A stretch of 64,000 bases of DNA from Octopus sinensis (lineage: Eukaryota). Under the pieces are notes generated by a model. That model did not search any database, was not told the DNA's origin, and was given only the letters and a program-made list of their open reading frames with translations. Positions 13,564 to 26,700 of the stretch are shown in pieces; the stretch's first letter is position 1, and every line of letters starts with the position of its first letter. Location: positions 14,384,001 through 14,448,000 of the forward strand of contig NC_043020.1 in assembly GCF_006345805.1 (NCBI RefSeq), written 5' to 3'. The position numbers and the translations under genes are program-made.

Positions 13564-14823
13564 TGTGGGGATGAGATGAATGGAGGGAAAGGGTCAGCGA
13601 TGTCAATGGTTGAGAGGCCTTCCTGAAAGAGGAAGTGTGTGGGGATGAGATGAATGGAGGGAAAGGGTCAGTGATGTCAATGGTTGAGAGGCCTTCCTGA
13701 AAGAGGAAGAGTGCGGGGATGAGATGAATGGAGGGAAAGGGTCAGTGATGTCAATGGTTGAGAGGCCTTCCTGAAAGAGGAAGAGTGCGGGGATGAGATG
13801 AATGGAAGGAAAGGGTCAGTGGTGTCAATGGTTGAGAGGCCTTACTGAAAGAGGAAGAGTGCGGGGATGAGATGAATGGAGGGAAAGGGTCAGTGATGTC
13901 AATGGTTGAGAGGCCTTCCTGAAAGAGGAAGAGTGTGGGGATGAGATGAATGGAGGGAAAGGGTCAGTGATGTCAATGGTTGAGAGGCCTTCCTGAAAGA
14001 GGAAGAGTGTGGGGATGAGATGAATGGAGGGAAAGGGTCAGTGATGTCAATGGTTGAGAGGCCTTCCTGAAAGAGGAAGAGTGTGGGGATGAGATGAATG
14101 GAGGGAAAGGGTCAGTGATGTCAATGGTTGAGAGGCCTTCCTGAAAGAGGAAGAGTGTGGGGATGAGATGAATGGAAGGAAAGGGTCAGTGGTGTCAATG
14201 GTTGAGAGGCCTTACTGAAAGAGGAAGTGTGTGGGGATGAGATGAATGGAGGGAAAGGGTCAGTGATGTCAATGGTTGAGAGGCCTTCCTGAAAGAGGAA
14301 GAGTGTGGGGATGAGATGAATGGAGGGAAAGGGTCAGTGATGTCAATGGTTGAGAGGCCTTCCTGAAAGAGGAAGAGTGTGGGGATGAGATGAATGGAAG
14401 GAAAGGGTCAGTGATGTCAATGGTTGAGAGGCCTTCCTGAAAGAGGAAGAGTGTGGGGAAGAGATGAATGGAGGGAAAGGGTCAGTGATGTCAATGGTTG
14501 AGAGGCCTTCCTGAAAGAGGAAGAGTGTGGGGATGAGATGAATGGAGGGAAAGGGTCAGTGATGTCAATGGTTGAGAGGCCTTCCTGAAAGAGGAAGAGT
14601 GTGGGGATGAGATGAATGGAAGGAAAGGGTCAGTGGTGTCAATGGTTGAGAGGCCTTACTGAAAGAGGAAGAGTGTGGGGATGAGATGAATGGAGGGAAA
14701 GGGTCAGTGATGTCAATGGTTGAGAGGCCTTCCTGAAAGAGGAAGAGTGTGGGGATGAGATGAATGGAGGGAAAGGGTCAGTGATGTCAATGGTTGAGAG
14801 GCCTTACTGAAAGAGGAAGAGTG
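13564..14823. repeat. Minisatellite, 17 tandem copies of a 74-bp purine-rich unit
   Basis: Unit GTGTGGGGATGAGATGAATGGAGGGAAAGGGTCAGTGATGTCAATGGTTGAGAGGCCTTCCTGAAAGAGGAAGA; GGGG anchor at 13567 + 74n up to 14751. Confidence 0.97.
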
Positions 14824-14985
14824 AGTGACAACATTGGCAGAAGTAGGACCAGCATGAAAAAAAATTGAAGCCATTTCAGATCTACACAATATAAAGCAAA
14901 GACACTCAAACCAAGTTATTTGGTCTGTGGAAATTAAAATTTTGGAAAAAAGTTTGAAAAAAAATTGGCATCATTTCAGAATTTT

Positions 14986-15388
14986 GCGCAGGAGTGGCTG
15001 TGTGGCAAGTAGCTTGCTAACCAACCACATGGTTCCGGGTTCAGTCCCACTGCGTGGCATCTTGGGCAAGTGTCTTCTACTATAGCCCCGGGCCGACCAA
15101 TGCCTTGTGAGTGGATTTGGTAGACGGAAACTGAAAGAAGCCTGTCGTATATATGTATATATATATATGTATGTGTGTGTATGTGTTTGTGTTTATCCCC
15201 CTAGCATTGCTTGACCACCGATGCTGGTGTGTTTACGTTGCTGTAACTTAGCGATTCGGCAAAAGAGACCGATAGAATAAGTACTGGGCTTACAAAGAAT
15301 AAGTCCCGGGGTCGATTTGCTCGACTAAAGGTGGTGCTCCAGCATGGCTGCAGTCAAATGACTGAAACAAGTAAAAGAGTAAAGAGTA
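14986..15388 (+). mobile_element. SINE family A
   Basis: Same head and tail as 10849-11236. Confidence 0.8.
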
Positions 15389-15469
15389 TCACTGTTCCTA
15401 CATCAGAATGCATTGCCCATTTTGAAGGTCTTCATGTAGACTTTGGGAGAAGATACAATGATTTATTAA

Positions 15470-15688
15470 CCCTTTAGTATTTAAACCGGCCATATCTGGC
15501 CGAAATAGTTAATCTGTTTTATGTTCAAACTGACCAGATCCAGGCTCTCACACCTACCCTACAATGTTATTCTACATTAAGTAATTACACCATCAAGATC
15601 TTGAAGATATGAGATAATGCATGATTAATTCAAATCAATGGGAATCAATAAACATTATGTTTGATAGAATAATCAGAACACTAAAGGG
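15470..15688. mobile_element. TTAA-flanked piggyBac-type MITE (~220 bp family; other copies about 7962-8181, 10817-11408, 24983-25182, 30334-30546, 36005-36708, 39149-39358)
   Basis: TTAA|CCCTTTAG...CTAAAGGG|TTAA termini and a shared internal body. Confidence 0.8.
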
Positions 15689-15941
15689 TTAAAGATGGAT
15701 TATCCACTCTGGTTTGTAGACCTAGAAAATTATGAGCCAGGAGATGAAAATTTTGAGTTGGCTGATATGTTTGGTGGATTTGAAGGAGTATATGAAAGTG
15801 AGAAGAGTTGAAAAAGAAAGTGTCTTTGCCTAGGAATCCCGCCCAAATATTTTTCGACATGTAGAAGCAAGCATCATTTCTTTCCTTACCACATGGATGG
15901 TGGAATCTGCATTTTCAGCTGTTGTAGATATTTTCTCTCTT

Positions 15942-16329
15942 TTCTCTTTTACTTGTTTCAGTCATTTGACTGTGGCCATGCTGGAGGACCGCCTTTAATC
16001 GAGCAAATCGACCCCCAGGACTTATTCTTTGTAAGCCCAGTACTTATTCTATCGGTCTCTTTAGCCGAACCGCTAAGTTACGGCGACGTAAACACACCAG
16101 CATCGGTTGTCAAGCAATGCTGGGGGGACAAACACAGACACACAAACATACACACACACATATATATATACATATATACGACGAGCTTCTTTCAGCTTCC
16201 ATCTACCAAATCCACTCACAAGGCTTTGGGCGGCCCGAGGCTATAGTAGAAGACAAGATGCCACGCAGTGGGACTGAACCCGGAACCATGTGGTTGGTAA
16301 GCAAGCTACTTACCACTCAGCCACTCCTG
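15942..16329 (-). mobile_element. SINE family A
   Basis: Reverse complement of family A. Confidence 0.8.
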
Positions 16330-18299
16330 TAGAAAAAGAAATAAATTAGATGTCAACAGCAGAGGAACTATCAGACTAAGACTAAATGAGTTCATTAAAA
16401 TTGATTATGATATCTTGTGTCAGAAATACCAATATCAAGCTAATCACCAACTGAATAAACTAAAAATAAACGAACGACTTCATGAAAAATGATTTTGATA
16501 TGTTGTGTTTATCTTTGTTTACTAAAACGAATTTAAAATTTTATCTTTTGTTTGCTAAAATAAATTCTAAAGTGTAGAGTATCTTGTCTTTTCATTAAGT
16601 ATTTTAGTGGGTGTATGTGTCCGTCTATCAAAATCAGCATCACCAGTTTTATGGTCTTACATGGTAGCTGTAAGACCTCAACAAAGCTTAGTAGTTTAGT
16701 TTTATTCGATGTAGGAGTTACAAGAACAAACAAAAATCTCCATAGTTTTGTCACATTTATTTATTAAAAACGAAGTTCTTTTGGGGTTTTTTGGATCTTT
16801 TCGGTTTGAACGGCAGTTTTTTTCTAGCGGTGTCATATGAAATTGTCACCCATAATTATGACCCTAGTATCGATCTATTGCATTTCAATCTGTTTTAGGG
16901 TTAGGGTGAGTTAGGGTTAGGGTCGGGTATCTTTTTTTCTTCACAAATGTAAATAAACCCAATCTGTTTCTTAAACGAGGGACATATTCATATGGCACAG
17001 AATGGCTTCTTTTTTGTTTACCTCAATAGACGTCATTGATTGGTTGAAATTGCAGAAAATGAAGAAAAAAACAACAAATATCTTACAAACAATAGAATTT
17101 TCTCAAGAAAGCCAAGAGAAAATGATGTTTTATAAACACATTCTACCAGTATACGAAGTTTAAGTGTTTAGTTAACTAGAAATTATTTTAAAAAACTGCC
17201 GTTAAAACCGAAAAGATCCCTTTTTTTTTCTATGTTCCCATTGATTATGGGTACTCCTGGTGATGAACCCCTGCTCTCGGGGGTTTGCAACACCCGCTAT
17301 GGCAATACCTTGTTGCTTAGCACCAATTCAATGTTGATCAAGTAGACCTATGATAACAGGCACTCCAATCGTGACCAACCGGTCTTCTATTGAAGTCACT
17401 TTGTATCTACGGCTAATGTTTTTTTTGTGTGTGTGGTGGGGTGGGTGGAGAAATAAAGATATCACTACGTATTTGGTTATTGTTCCATACAGGCAATGTA
17501 CTTAGTGCTTGGAACCGAATGCCTAGCGATATTTAATTACGGTCTTTCTGAGTTCAAATTCCGTCGAGGTCAGATTCAAGCATAGTTAAAATAGGCGATC
17601 TTTCGCTAAAGTACAGATAAATATTGTAGTTGATACATATTTTTAGATGTGAATAGAATTAAATAGAAGCCGTATCATTATTATACAGAAGCTCCTTCGT
17701 TGGTTGGTATCTGTCGTATATTTCCGATATTTTCTGATAAACATGAAAACGGATATGTTAGAACGGACAGACGGTTATTAACCTTGGCTGTAAGTTTTAC
17801 TACTTATTTTACTTAAGGGTGGAGGGGTAGGCTAGATCGCAATATCTGAGTTGAATCTGGGAGTCACTCTTGATACTGGTCGAAGTTAATTAATTTCCTC
17901 TGTTCAGTTTATTCCTCTCAACGCCACCACCTCACTCTTTGGTGCTTTCAGTGGTCCCATCTGGTGAAAGTATTCTATTCAGGTGTCTGGTTTAAGGACA
18001 TTGTTTGGATGCCCTGTCAAAGGTCAGGAGTAGTGGCTCTTCTCCATGTTTATCAAATAAAATAAAATAAAATAAAATAAAATTTCGTATCTAACCGACT
18101 GCGATATTTTTAAATAATTCCGAATGATTCAAATTTAATTATTTTTGTAACTTATTTCTGACTTGTAATTTTTGGTACAAAGCGAATTTTTGTCATTTAT
18201 AAAAAAATATATTTCCTCTTAATTAATCAATTAATTAATTAATTAATTTTAAAAAATTGCTTATTTTCAAATATGAAATTATCATAAAACGTAAATGAC

Positions 18300-18499
18300 A
18301 ACAACAGAAAGAACTGAAGTTTCGAATCAAAATCCTAGCTTTTTATTGGTTGTTTGCGAGGTGGAGACGGTAGCGGTAGGAGGAAGTACAAACGATTGCG
18401 GCTATTTGATTGGTCCATTCGAACTTGCGTCTGTTTCACCGCCACACCGCTGTTGCTAAACACCCAGCATTTACAAACTCGCATCTTGCTTTGCTTCAG
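18300..18499 (+). promoter_or_regulatory. Probable CDK1 promoter and non-coding exon 1 (donor CAG|gttggt at 18500)
   Basis: Locally CpG-enriched, non-repetitive-looking segment with reverse CCAAT boxes (ATTGG 18345 and 18409) and TTCGAA hexamers (18321, 18418). Coding exon 1 has a strong upstream acceptor, so an upstream exon is required. Confidence 0.5.
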
Positions 18500-19872
18500 G
18501 TTGGTGCCTTTCTCTTATTAATTATTTAATTAATGCCTGCTAATAATGATAATAATAGTATTAATATTGATAACCAGAAGACACACGTTTAGAATGCTCG
18601 TTGCTATGTATTTATATTAGCCAAACGTTTCTTCAAAGGATAAGGTTTTATATATTTTAAACAAATTGTTTGGACAAACAAATCGTTGCTTTCAAATATG
18701 GACTTTTTCTTTTTAATATATCGCACTGAATATGTAATATGTATATAAATATAGACACCCAGGGCTCAACAGAAAGTATGTGTATATATATATATATATA
18801 TGTGTGTGTGTATGTATATATATATATATATATATATACATACACACTCTCTCTCACACGTGTGTGTTTAACAACTCCTGTAACCTCGGCAAGAGAGACA
18901 GACTGTCGGACAGAGATCAAAGACAACATTCAGTCTGTTTTCCACCTGACTTTATGTGAAATCTTTCCGCATTATAGTTATTCGGACGATATAATATAAG
19001 TTAACCATTGTTTTTCTGTGTGGGTATTAACGACCATTTCACCAATATTAACTCATTTCTAAAACCCTATCAACTCTTCCCATTTGTGTAATTCCTTTTC
19101 TATTTCAGTTTGGAGTCCACTGAAGTTTTTTTAGGTATTTGAATTTTCAAACCGTTTTTTTTTTTTTTTGTTATAGGATTTCGTTTCCTGCGTTCTCTCC
19201 TAATTTAATTAAAGATGTTAATTTTCATTGCTAATGAGTTTGGGAAGGAAAAAAAATATTTAAATCTCAACAACCAGTTTTAGTCTCTGATCCACAGATT
19301 TCAAATTTGCCTTAATGAGATAGAAGTCCCTCTTATCTGTGGAGTTGCCCCACCTGCCAGAAATAGCAGCAACAGCCAGCTTAACATAATTCCCTCTGAA
19401 ATAGAGGGACACTGTAGAGAGTCTGTTCCTAGTTTTACAAACCGTCAAGTTGGTCAAAACATTTTTTTGATCGGGGCTGACGTCGGGTCGAATAACTGTA
19501 GAACGTTGAAACCCCTATGTAGTCACTCGACCTGCTAGAAATGGCAGTAGCTAAATCTCCATCAAAGCACATCCTATGGTCTTTAGTGTGAAATTTGTAG
19601 TTGTTTAGCCCCAGGTTGGTTCTCATTGAACAGTCTCGTGATAAAAAGCGCTACAGCCATGACCAACCCATCTTTGGGACTACATCATTATAATGTAGTC
19701 TTTCTTTAAAATGGTAGAGTACAATTTGGCTGGTGTTCCTAGGAGGTCGAGCAACTTATTTCGGTTAATATAGGTTAATTTCATTGTATATCTATTTTAT
19801 TGATCTGTATGTGTTTGAATATTTCATGGAAATATTCTGGTGGCTTTTTAAAAATCCTTACTCCTATCATTA

Positions 19873-20058
19873 CCTTGTTGGTACAACTTGAGAACAGTGG
19901 TCCCGGTGCGCGCTAGCTAGTCGTGACTAGTCGATCCTACAACGACTACCCAGCAAAGTGAATAAAACACAAAGTAACGATCGACTAGTCATGACTAGCT
20001 AGCGTGGATGCGCGAGTGCGCGCACCGGGACCACCGTTCTCAAATAGTACCTATTTGG
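19873..20058. mobile_element. CpG-rich palindromic MITE in CDK1 intron 1
   Basis: Arms TTGAGAACAGTGGTCCCGGTGCGCGC / GCGCGCACCGGGACCACCGTTCTCAA plus inner CTAGCTAGTCGTGACTAGTCGATC / GATCGACTAGTCATGACTAGCTAG; TTA on both flanks. Confidence 0.7.
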
Positions 20059-23000
20059 TTACCTCTTTGGACAAGAATTGTATGGAATCTCAAGACTCGT
20101 CTTTTTACTTCTGACACCTTAATCTTGAGGTTTTGTGACCGCTTAACCCTATTTTAAACCCTTTTACTTAAGGTAACGCTTTTATTTCGCCAACAGAAAA
20201 AAAATATAAATTCCACAGTTGAATCTTTTCTATCTTTTAATGTGTTTTTACGATACAGACTATTATCTGAGGTCAGTTTTACAATTTAGAGAAGCTTGCG
20301 GCATAAGTTTTAAACAATTATCCTAAATTCCCGGCCATGTACCTGCTTCAATCTTCATAATTTCATCATCATCGTTTGGAGTTTTCCATGCTGGCATGGG
20401 TTGGACGGTTTGACCGGGGTCTGGAGAGCCAGCGGCTGCACCAGACTCCAGTCTGATCTGGTAATGTTTCTACAACTGGATGCCCTTCCTAACGCCAACC
20501 ACTCCGAGTGTTGCGGGTGCTTTTTCCGTTCCACCGGAACAGGAACCAGTCAGGTGGGCCTGGCATGGATCACGTTCGGATAGTGCCTTTTATTTTTTAC
20601 GTGCCACCAGTACGCAAGCCAGTCGGGGGGATTTAGGCATCGGTCACATTCGGATGGTGCTTTTTACGAGTCACCAGCACGGGAGCCAATCAATTTAAAT
20701 TAGAAGATTTTTTTCCTCTGTTATTAACGCAAGCTTTTCATAACTTTAACGGCATAGAAAAAAAATTTCATTAGAAAATATCCATTTTTCTGAAAGTTGT
20801 GAGGAAACAGTCGGTGAACTGGTTTAAAATTTTTTTTTATCGAGTGAAAAATATTTTGGATTTTCTGTTCTGAAATCGTTTTATAACGTAAGGTCACAGT
20901 TGGAATGTCACTGCCCCATTTGTTAGAAATAACACTACCATAACCATCATCGTCGTTTACTCGTTTTCCATGCTGGCGTGGATTAGACGGTTTGAGAGGA
21001 GCCGCTCATTCTCCATAGCTATTTTGGCATGGTTTCTACAGCTGGATGCCCTTCCCAACTACAACCACTTTCAGCACGGGTGCGTTTACGTGGTACCAGC
21101 ATCCAAAAGCATGCAAGATTAGGAATGCTCAGCTAGAGAGGGATGCAGGGACAATCACACTTTTACTTAGCGAGTTTTTTCAAGCACACTAAACCAACAG
21201 GAGTCTCGATCCCTTGTCATCCCCTCTGAAACTACCTGGTTTTTTTCCAAAGGATACATTATATAATATAGTTCTGGCCACACTGCTCCTGATGAAAGAC
21301 TGGTGCTGATTAAAATCTCTACCCCTTCGAATGCACCCCTCCCCCCTGTCTTACCAGGTCTCTACAACAGCCAAACTTGTCGAAGTCCCTTAAGGTGGAG
21401 AATAGCGTCGACAAAGTGAAACCTTTTGCAATGCAAAGCTTCTCGTTTGTTTCTTACATTTATTAATGTTTATCTATATTTTTCTCCCCATAAACACATG
21501 CTTATTAAAGCAAATTTTGAAAATGTATGATTTTTTTTTTTCAATTCTCTCCCCGGGGTTTTTGTTTATGATTTCAAAATATTGGAAAGACTGAAGTCAT
21601 TGCTGAGGTTTTACCCACAGTGATTTTAAAACATCAATATATGTGAGAGTGACAAAAGAAACGAGTAGATTGGAAGGCGGCAAGCTGGCGGGCGAAATGT
21701 TTAGTGGTATTTCGTCTAGCGTTACGTTCTGAGTTCAAATTCCGCCGAGGTCGACTTTGCCTTTCATCCTTTCGGGGTCGATAAATTAAGTACCAGTTAC
21801 GCACTAGGGTCGATATAATCGACTTAATCCGTTTGTCTGTCCTTGTTTGGTCCTCTCTGTGTTTAGCCCCTTGTGGATAGTAAAGAAATAGGTATTTCGT
21901 CTGGCATTACGTTCTGACTTCAAATTCCGCCGAGGTCGACTTTGCCTTTCATCTTTTCGGGGTCGATAAATTAAGTACCAGTTACGCACTGGGGTCGATG
22001 TAATCGACTTAATCCGTTTGTCTGTCCTTGTTTGTCCCCTGTATGTTTAGCCCCTTGTGGGCAATAAAGAAATAAGAAACATCCAGATCTCCCTTTAATC
22101 ACACATTTTTTTGTCCAAAAATATCTACGGAATTGTTTTTCTTTTTTACCGAAAAGGCGTCTCTGATGGGTTTTTTTAAAGTGCATAGTGCCCAAAAGAT
22201 CGACCAGTCGGTTCAGAGAGGGGGGGTAAAAAAAAAAATCAATTTCCAAAAGACATTTTTTTCATAAGATTATTCCCAACCCCCATCATTTCGAAGGCTG
22301 TGGTGATAAAAATATTGGAGAAAAATCCACCATCTTAATCCGAAACTCCACTAGGGGTTACCATATTTTTACTAAATTATATAGTATATATATTACTATA
22401 TTATATATTGTTCATTTAATGCCTGTTTTCTATGCTAATATGAGAAGTTAATTGACTCTGAATTTTACTGTCAGATGCTTGTCTTTACCTGTTTAAGGTA
22501 ATAGATTTTTCTTTTATTTCAAAGGTGTTCAAAAGTGCAGAGCAGCTGGTCAGTGTCAACATAATTACTGTTTCACTCTAGCGTGCAGAATATTAACTCA
22601 CATGCACTCTTGCACACACCACAAGTTCCCTGCACTTATCCTTTAATCCTCTCAGAAGGCATTGGGAGAACATAGAGCTATAATAGAAAACTCTTATGCT
22701 GTGCTGTAGGACCGAAATCCCAAACTATGTAGTTGCGAAGTCTACTTTTCCATGCTTGTATGTTTCAGGAAATTTGTTGAAGCAGATTTTCTACAACCGG
22801 CTGCCCTTTCATGTTGCCAATCCTCACCTGTTTCAAAACCTGTCAGTAGTTTTTTATGACCAAGCGTGTTTTCACAGATGGCACCTAAGAGAACCATCCG
22901 GACATGGCCGTTGCCAGCACCGCCCCGACTGGCCTCCGTGCCGGTGGCACGTAAAGTGCACCATACGATTGTGGCCGTTGCCAGCCTCGTCTGGGCCCTG

Positions 23001-23735
23001 TGCCGGTGGCACGTAAAAAGCACCATCCGATCGTGACCATTTGCCAGCCTCATCTGGCACCTGTGCGTGTGGCAGGTAAAAAGCACCCACTACACTCACA
23101 GAGTGGTTGGCATTAGGAAGGGCATCCAGCCGTAGAAAACTGCCAGTTCAGACTGGGCCTGGTGCAGCCTTCTGGCTGCCTAGATCCCAGTTGAACCGTC
23201 CAACCCACGCTAGCATGGAAAACGGACGTTAAACAATGATGATGAGGATGCTTTGTGATTAAGAAAATTCCTTTCCAATCACATTGTTTTGAGTTCATTC
23301 CTACTGTATGGTACCTTGGGCAAGCATTTTCTACTTATAACACTGGCCTCATGAGTAGATTTGGGAGATGGAAACTGAAAGAAATGCAATGTATGTATAT
23401 CTGTATACTTGTGTGATTGTGTCTTGTAAGCAAACATCACTATCTTACAAGCTGTACTCTTTGTTACCAATTTTATGTGAAAAATTTCTCTGACCACAGG
23501 AGAATATTACGTTGCTTGGCAACAGGAAGTGCATCTAACCTTAGAAAAACCTACCTCAATGGATTTCATCTAACTCTTGCAAACATGGGAATTTGTCAGA
23601 TCAGAACCTACTTTAAATGCTTTTGTTTAGTGAACTAGAATGTTGATTTAGTTTTTGGTCAGAACCAAATGAGTTAATTTTTTTTTCTTTTATCTTTTCA
23701 GGTAAATCTCCATTTAGTAACAAATGCCTGGGAAT

Positions 23736-23772
23736 ATGGATGATTATTTGAAGATAGAGAAGATAGGTGAAG
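23736..23772 (+). CDS. CDK1: CDK1 coding exon 1 ([13 protein letters not shown]); exon starts at 23702 after acceptor ttttcag
   Basis: Poly-T acceptor ending 23701, ATG at 23736, donor G|gtgagt at 23773. Confidence 0.95.
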
Positions 23773-26700
23773 GTGAGTATCATAGTGTTTGTTTACTGAG
23801 GTCTCTAGCATCTTGTGACCCCAAAACCTATAACTGAATAAAGCCTTCAGAATTAAGAGTTGTTGATTTAAAATATGATGGGGAGAGGGCTAGAGATGTT
23901 TGTGGCATAAATCAGTGGTGGTGGTCGTCATGGAACAATAAACTTTTTAGTGACTTGCATGCTCATATTGCATTCTTTGTACTTTCCAAAGATGTCAATT
24001 GTTTGAGCTTATAATTATCTCCCTTGTGTGTTTATTTTAGATCACTGGTTCTCAGCCAGGATGCATATAAGATTTTTTGTTAAAATTTAAGAGCAATAAA
24101 TTGCTTATAATCCCACAATACCTCAAATATTTTAACAATTTTTAAAAAATACAATTCCTAATGATATTTAATAAGAAAAATATAACAGGATTTTTTCAAC
24201 ATAAACTAGCTATGAGGGTCCGCTGGAGTAAAATAACTATTAAAAGGGGGGCCCATAGATAAAATGGTTGAATACCACTATTTTAGATCTTGAGCAGCCT
24301 TAGAATTTCTAACTAATTGCATGAATAATTTCATTTAATTAAAGATTATCAACTAAGAATATCACATGTTACATCTCGCAGTGTCTCACTACAAGTGTAT
24401 TTTCTCTTTTTTTATTCATTTTTTTTATACTTGTTTCAGTCATTTTGACTGCGGCCATGCTGGAGCACCACCTTTAATCGAGCAACTCGACCCCGGGTCT
24501 TATTCTTTGTAAGCCCTGTACTTATTCTATCGGTTTCTTTTGCCGAACTGCTAAGTGACGGGGACATAAACACACCAGCATCAGTTGTCAAGCAATGCTA
24601 GGGGGACAAACATGCATGCATATACATATATACGACAGGCTTCTTTCAGTTTCCATCTACCGAATCCACCCACAAGGCTTTGGTCGGCCTGAGGCTATAG
24701 TAGAAGACACTTGCCCAAGGTTCCACGCAGTGGGACTGAACCCGGAACCATGTGGTTTGTAAACAAGCTACTTACCACACAGCCACAATAAATTAATCCC
24801 AATCTGTTATTAGTTCATGTTATGCTGTCCTCCCAAATATCTTGGTGTATTGTTAGTCCATAAAATCCTACCAACACCACATGTCCAAGTATATCATTAA
24901 TCTTTTATGCTACGCCATCCCCAGCATCTCTGTATATTGTTAGTCTGTTACATCACCTCCAAATAATTTGATAACAGTTTAACCCTTTAGTGTTCACATT
25001 ATTCTGCCAGAATTAATGCTTTTTTATCCACATTGTTTTGAATTATCTTGTAGCTATGAGATTTCAATGAGGTAACTGTTAATTTTAAAAATGATATTGT
25101 AGGGTTGGTGTGAGAGACCAGATAGGGCTAGTTTGGACATAAAACAGGCAGAATACTTTTGGCTGGTTTAATTGCCATAGGGTTAAACTGACATTTGCCG
25201 TAGGAACCATTTTAGCACTTTTAGTTGGTTCTGTTTAATGGCAGAGTTCTCATGCAAAATATAGGCATGTTTATTATTTGGTCAAACTTCTGGCCTGTGT
25301 GTCCTTTTTGGTCTACGACCTTTTTGATATATATTGTGCACTCATTTACGCAAGTTGTTAGGTTGTTTTTGTTTGTTTTTTATTCAAGAAAAAATTGTTA
25401 AATCATGTCCCTTCTGATCATGCATGCTTTTTTGAAAAGAATCTTTGATGAAAATTAACGAGAAATTTGCTTTATCCTACAAGCTGAATAATTGATCAAG
25501 TGACTAAGGTGTTTAAAGTGTGATAGTGATTAAAAACCTGTGATATTCATTCTGGTATCCATGTCTCTTCCCTCACACACTCTAGGGGTTACTATCAGGC
25601 TTGCTTTCTTATGTTTTCCTTCCATTATCTTGAGTATCTCTTTTTTCCTTTTTTTTTAATTTTTCCCTTCTTTTACTTTCTCCTCACAGGCACCTATGGC
25701 GTTGTGTATAAAGGGCGCCATAAAAGAACAAATCGGATTGTTGCATTGAAGAAAATTCGGTTAGAGAGCGAAGAAGAAGGAATACCATCAACAGCTATCA
25801 GAGAAATCTCCTTTTTGAGAGAAATGGTGCATGACAATATTGTTAGGTGAGCATTTTAGTTGGGTTGAGTTATAGGGAGCATGCATTGAAGGCACATGGC
25901 TTGATGGTTAGGGTATTTACTCTCTCTTTTACTTGTTTCAGTCATTTGACTGCGGCCATGCTGGAGCACCGCCTTTAATCAAGCAACTTGACCCCGGGAA
26001 TTATTCTTTTGTAAGCCCAGTACTTATTCTATCGGTCTCTTTTGCTGAACCGCTAAGTAACGGGGACATAAACACACCAGCATCGGTTGTCAAGCAATGC
26101 TAGGGAGACAAACACATCCACACTAACACACACACATATATATATATATACATACATACATATATATGTACATACATACATACATATATTCGACGGGTTT
26201 CTTTCAGTTTCCGTCTACCAAATCCACTCACAAGGCTTTGGTCGGCTGAACGCGGAACCATGTGGTTGGTAAACAAGCTACTTACCACACAGCCACTCCT
26301 GCGCCTATTTGGTTCATAATTGCAAGGTCAGGAGTTCGAGTCCCAGCTGTACATTGTGTCCTTGAGTAAGATACTTATTTCACATTGCTCTAGTTCAGTG
26401 CTCTGCAACCTTTTCTCACTTTCTGTACACTTATATTCTTTTCAAAATTCAGCGGTACACCTGAACTAGTAATATAACTAAAAGTATAGGGGAAAAAATT
26501 CTACTTAGATTACACTGCGGCATACCTAGCATCGTCTCGTGGCACAAGTGTGCCATAGCATACGGTTGCAGGGCACTGCTCTAGTCCACTCAGCTGACTA
26601 AAATGAGGTGTACCTGTATTTCAAAGGGCCAGTGTTGTCGTATTTTGTCACACTGAATTTCCCTGAGAACTACATTAAGGGTACACATATCAGTGAAGTA

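Noticed and set aside
13564-14823. Possible CRISPR array or coding repeat
   Set aside because: There are no unique spacers, the 74-bp unit is not a multiple of 3, and the context is eukaryotic.
16890-16925. TTAGGG telomere-like repeats (also 32500, 47540-47720)
   Set aside because: Only 2-4 units, inside a MITE family; not an interstitial telomere.
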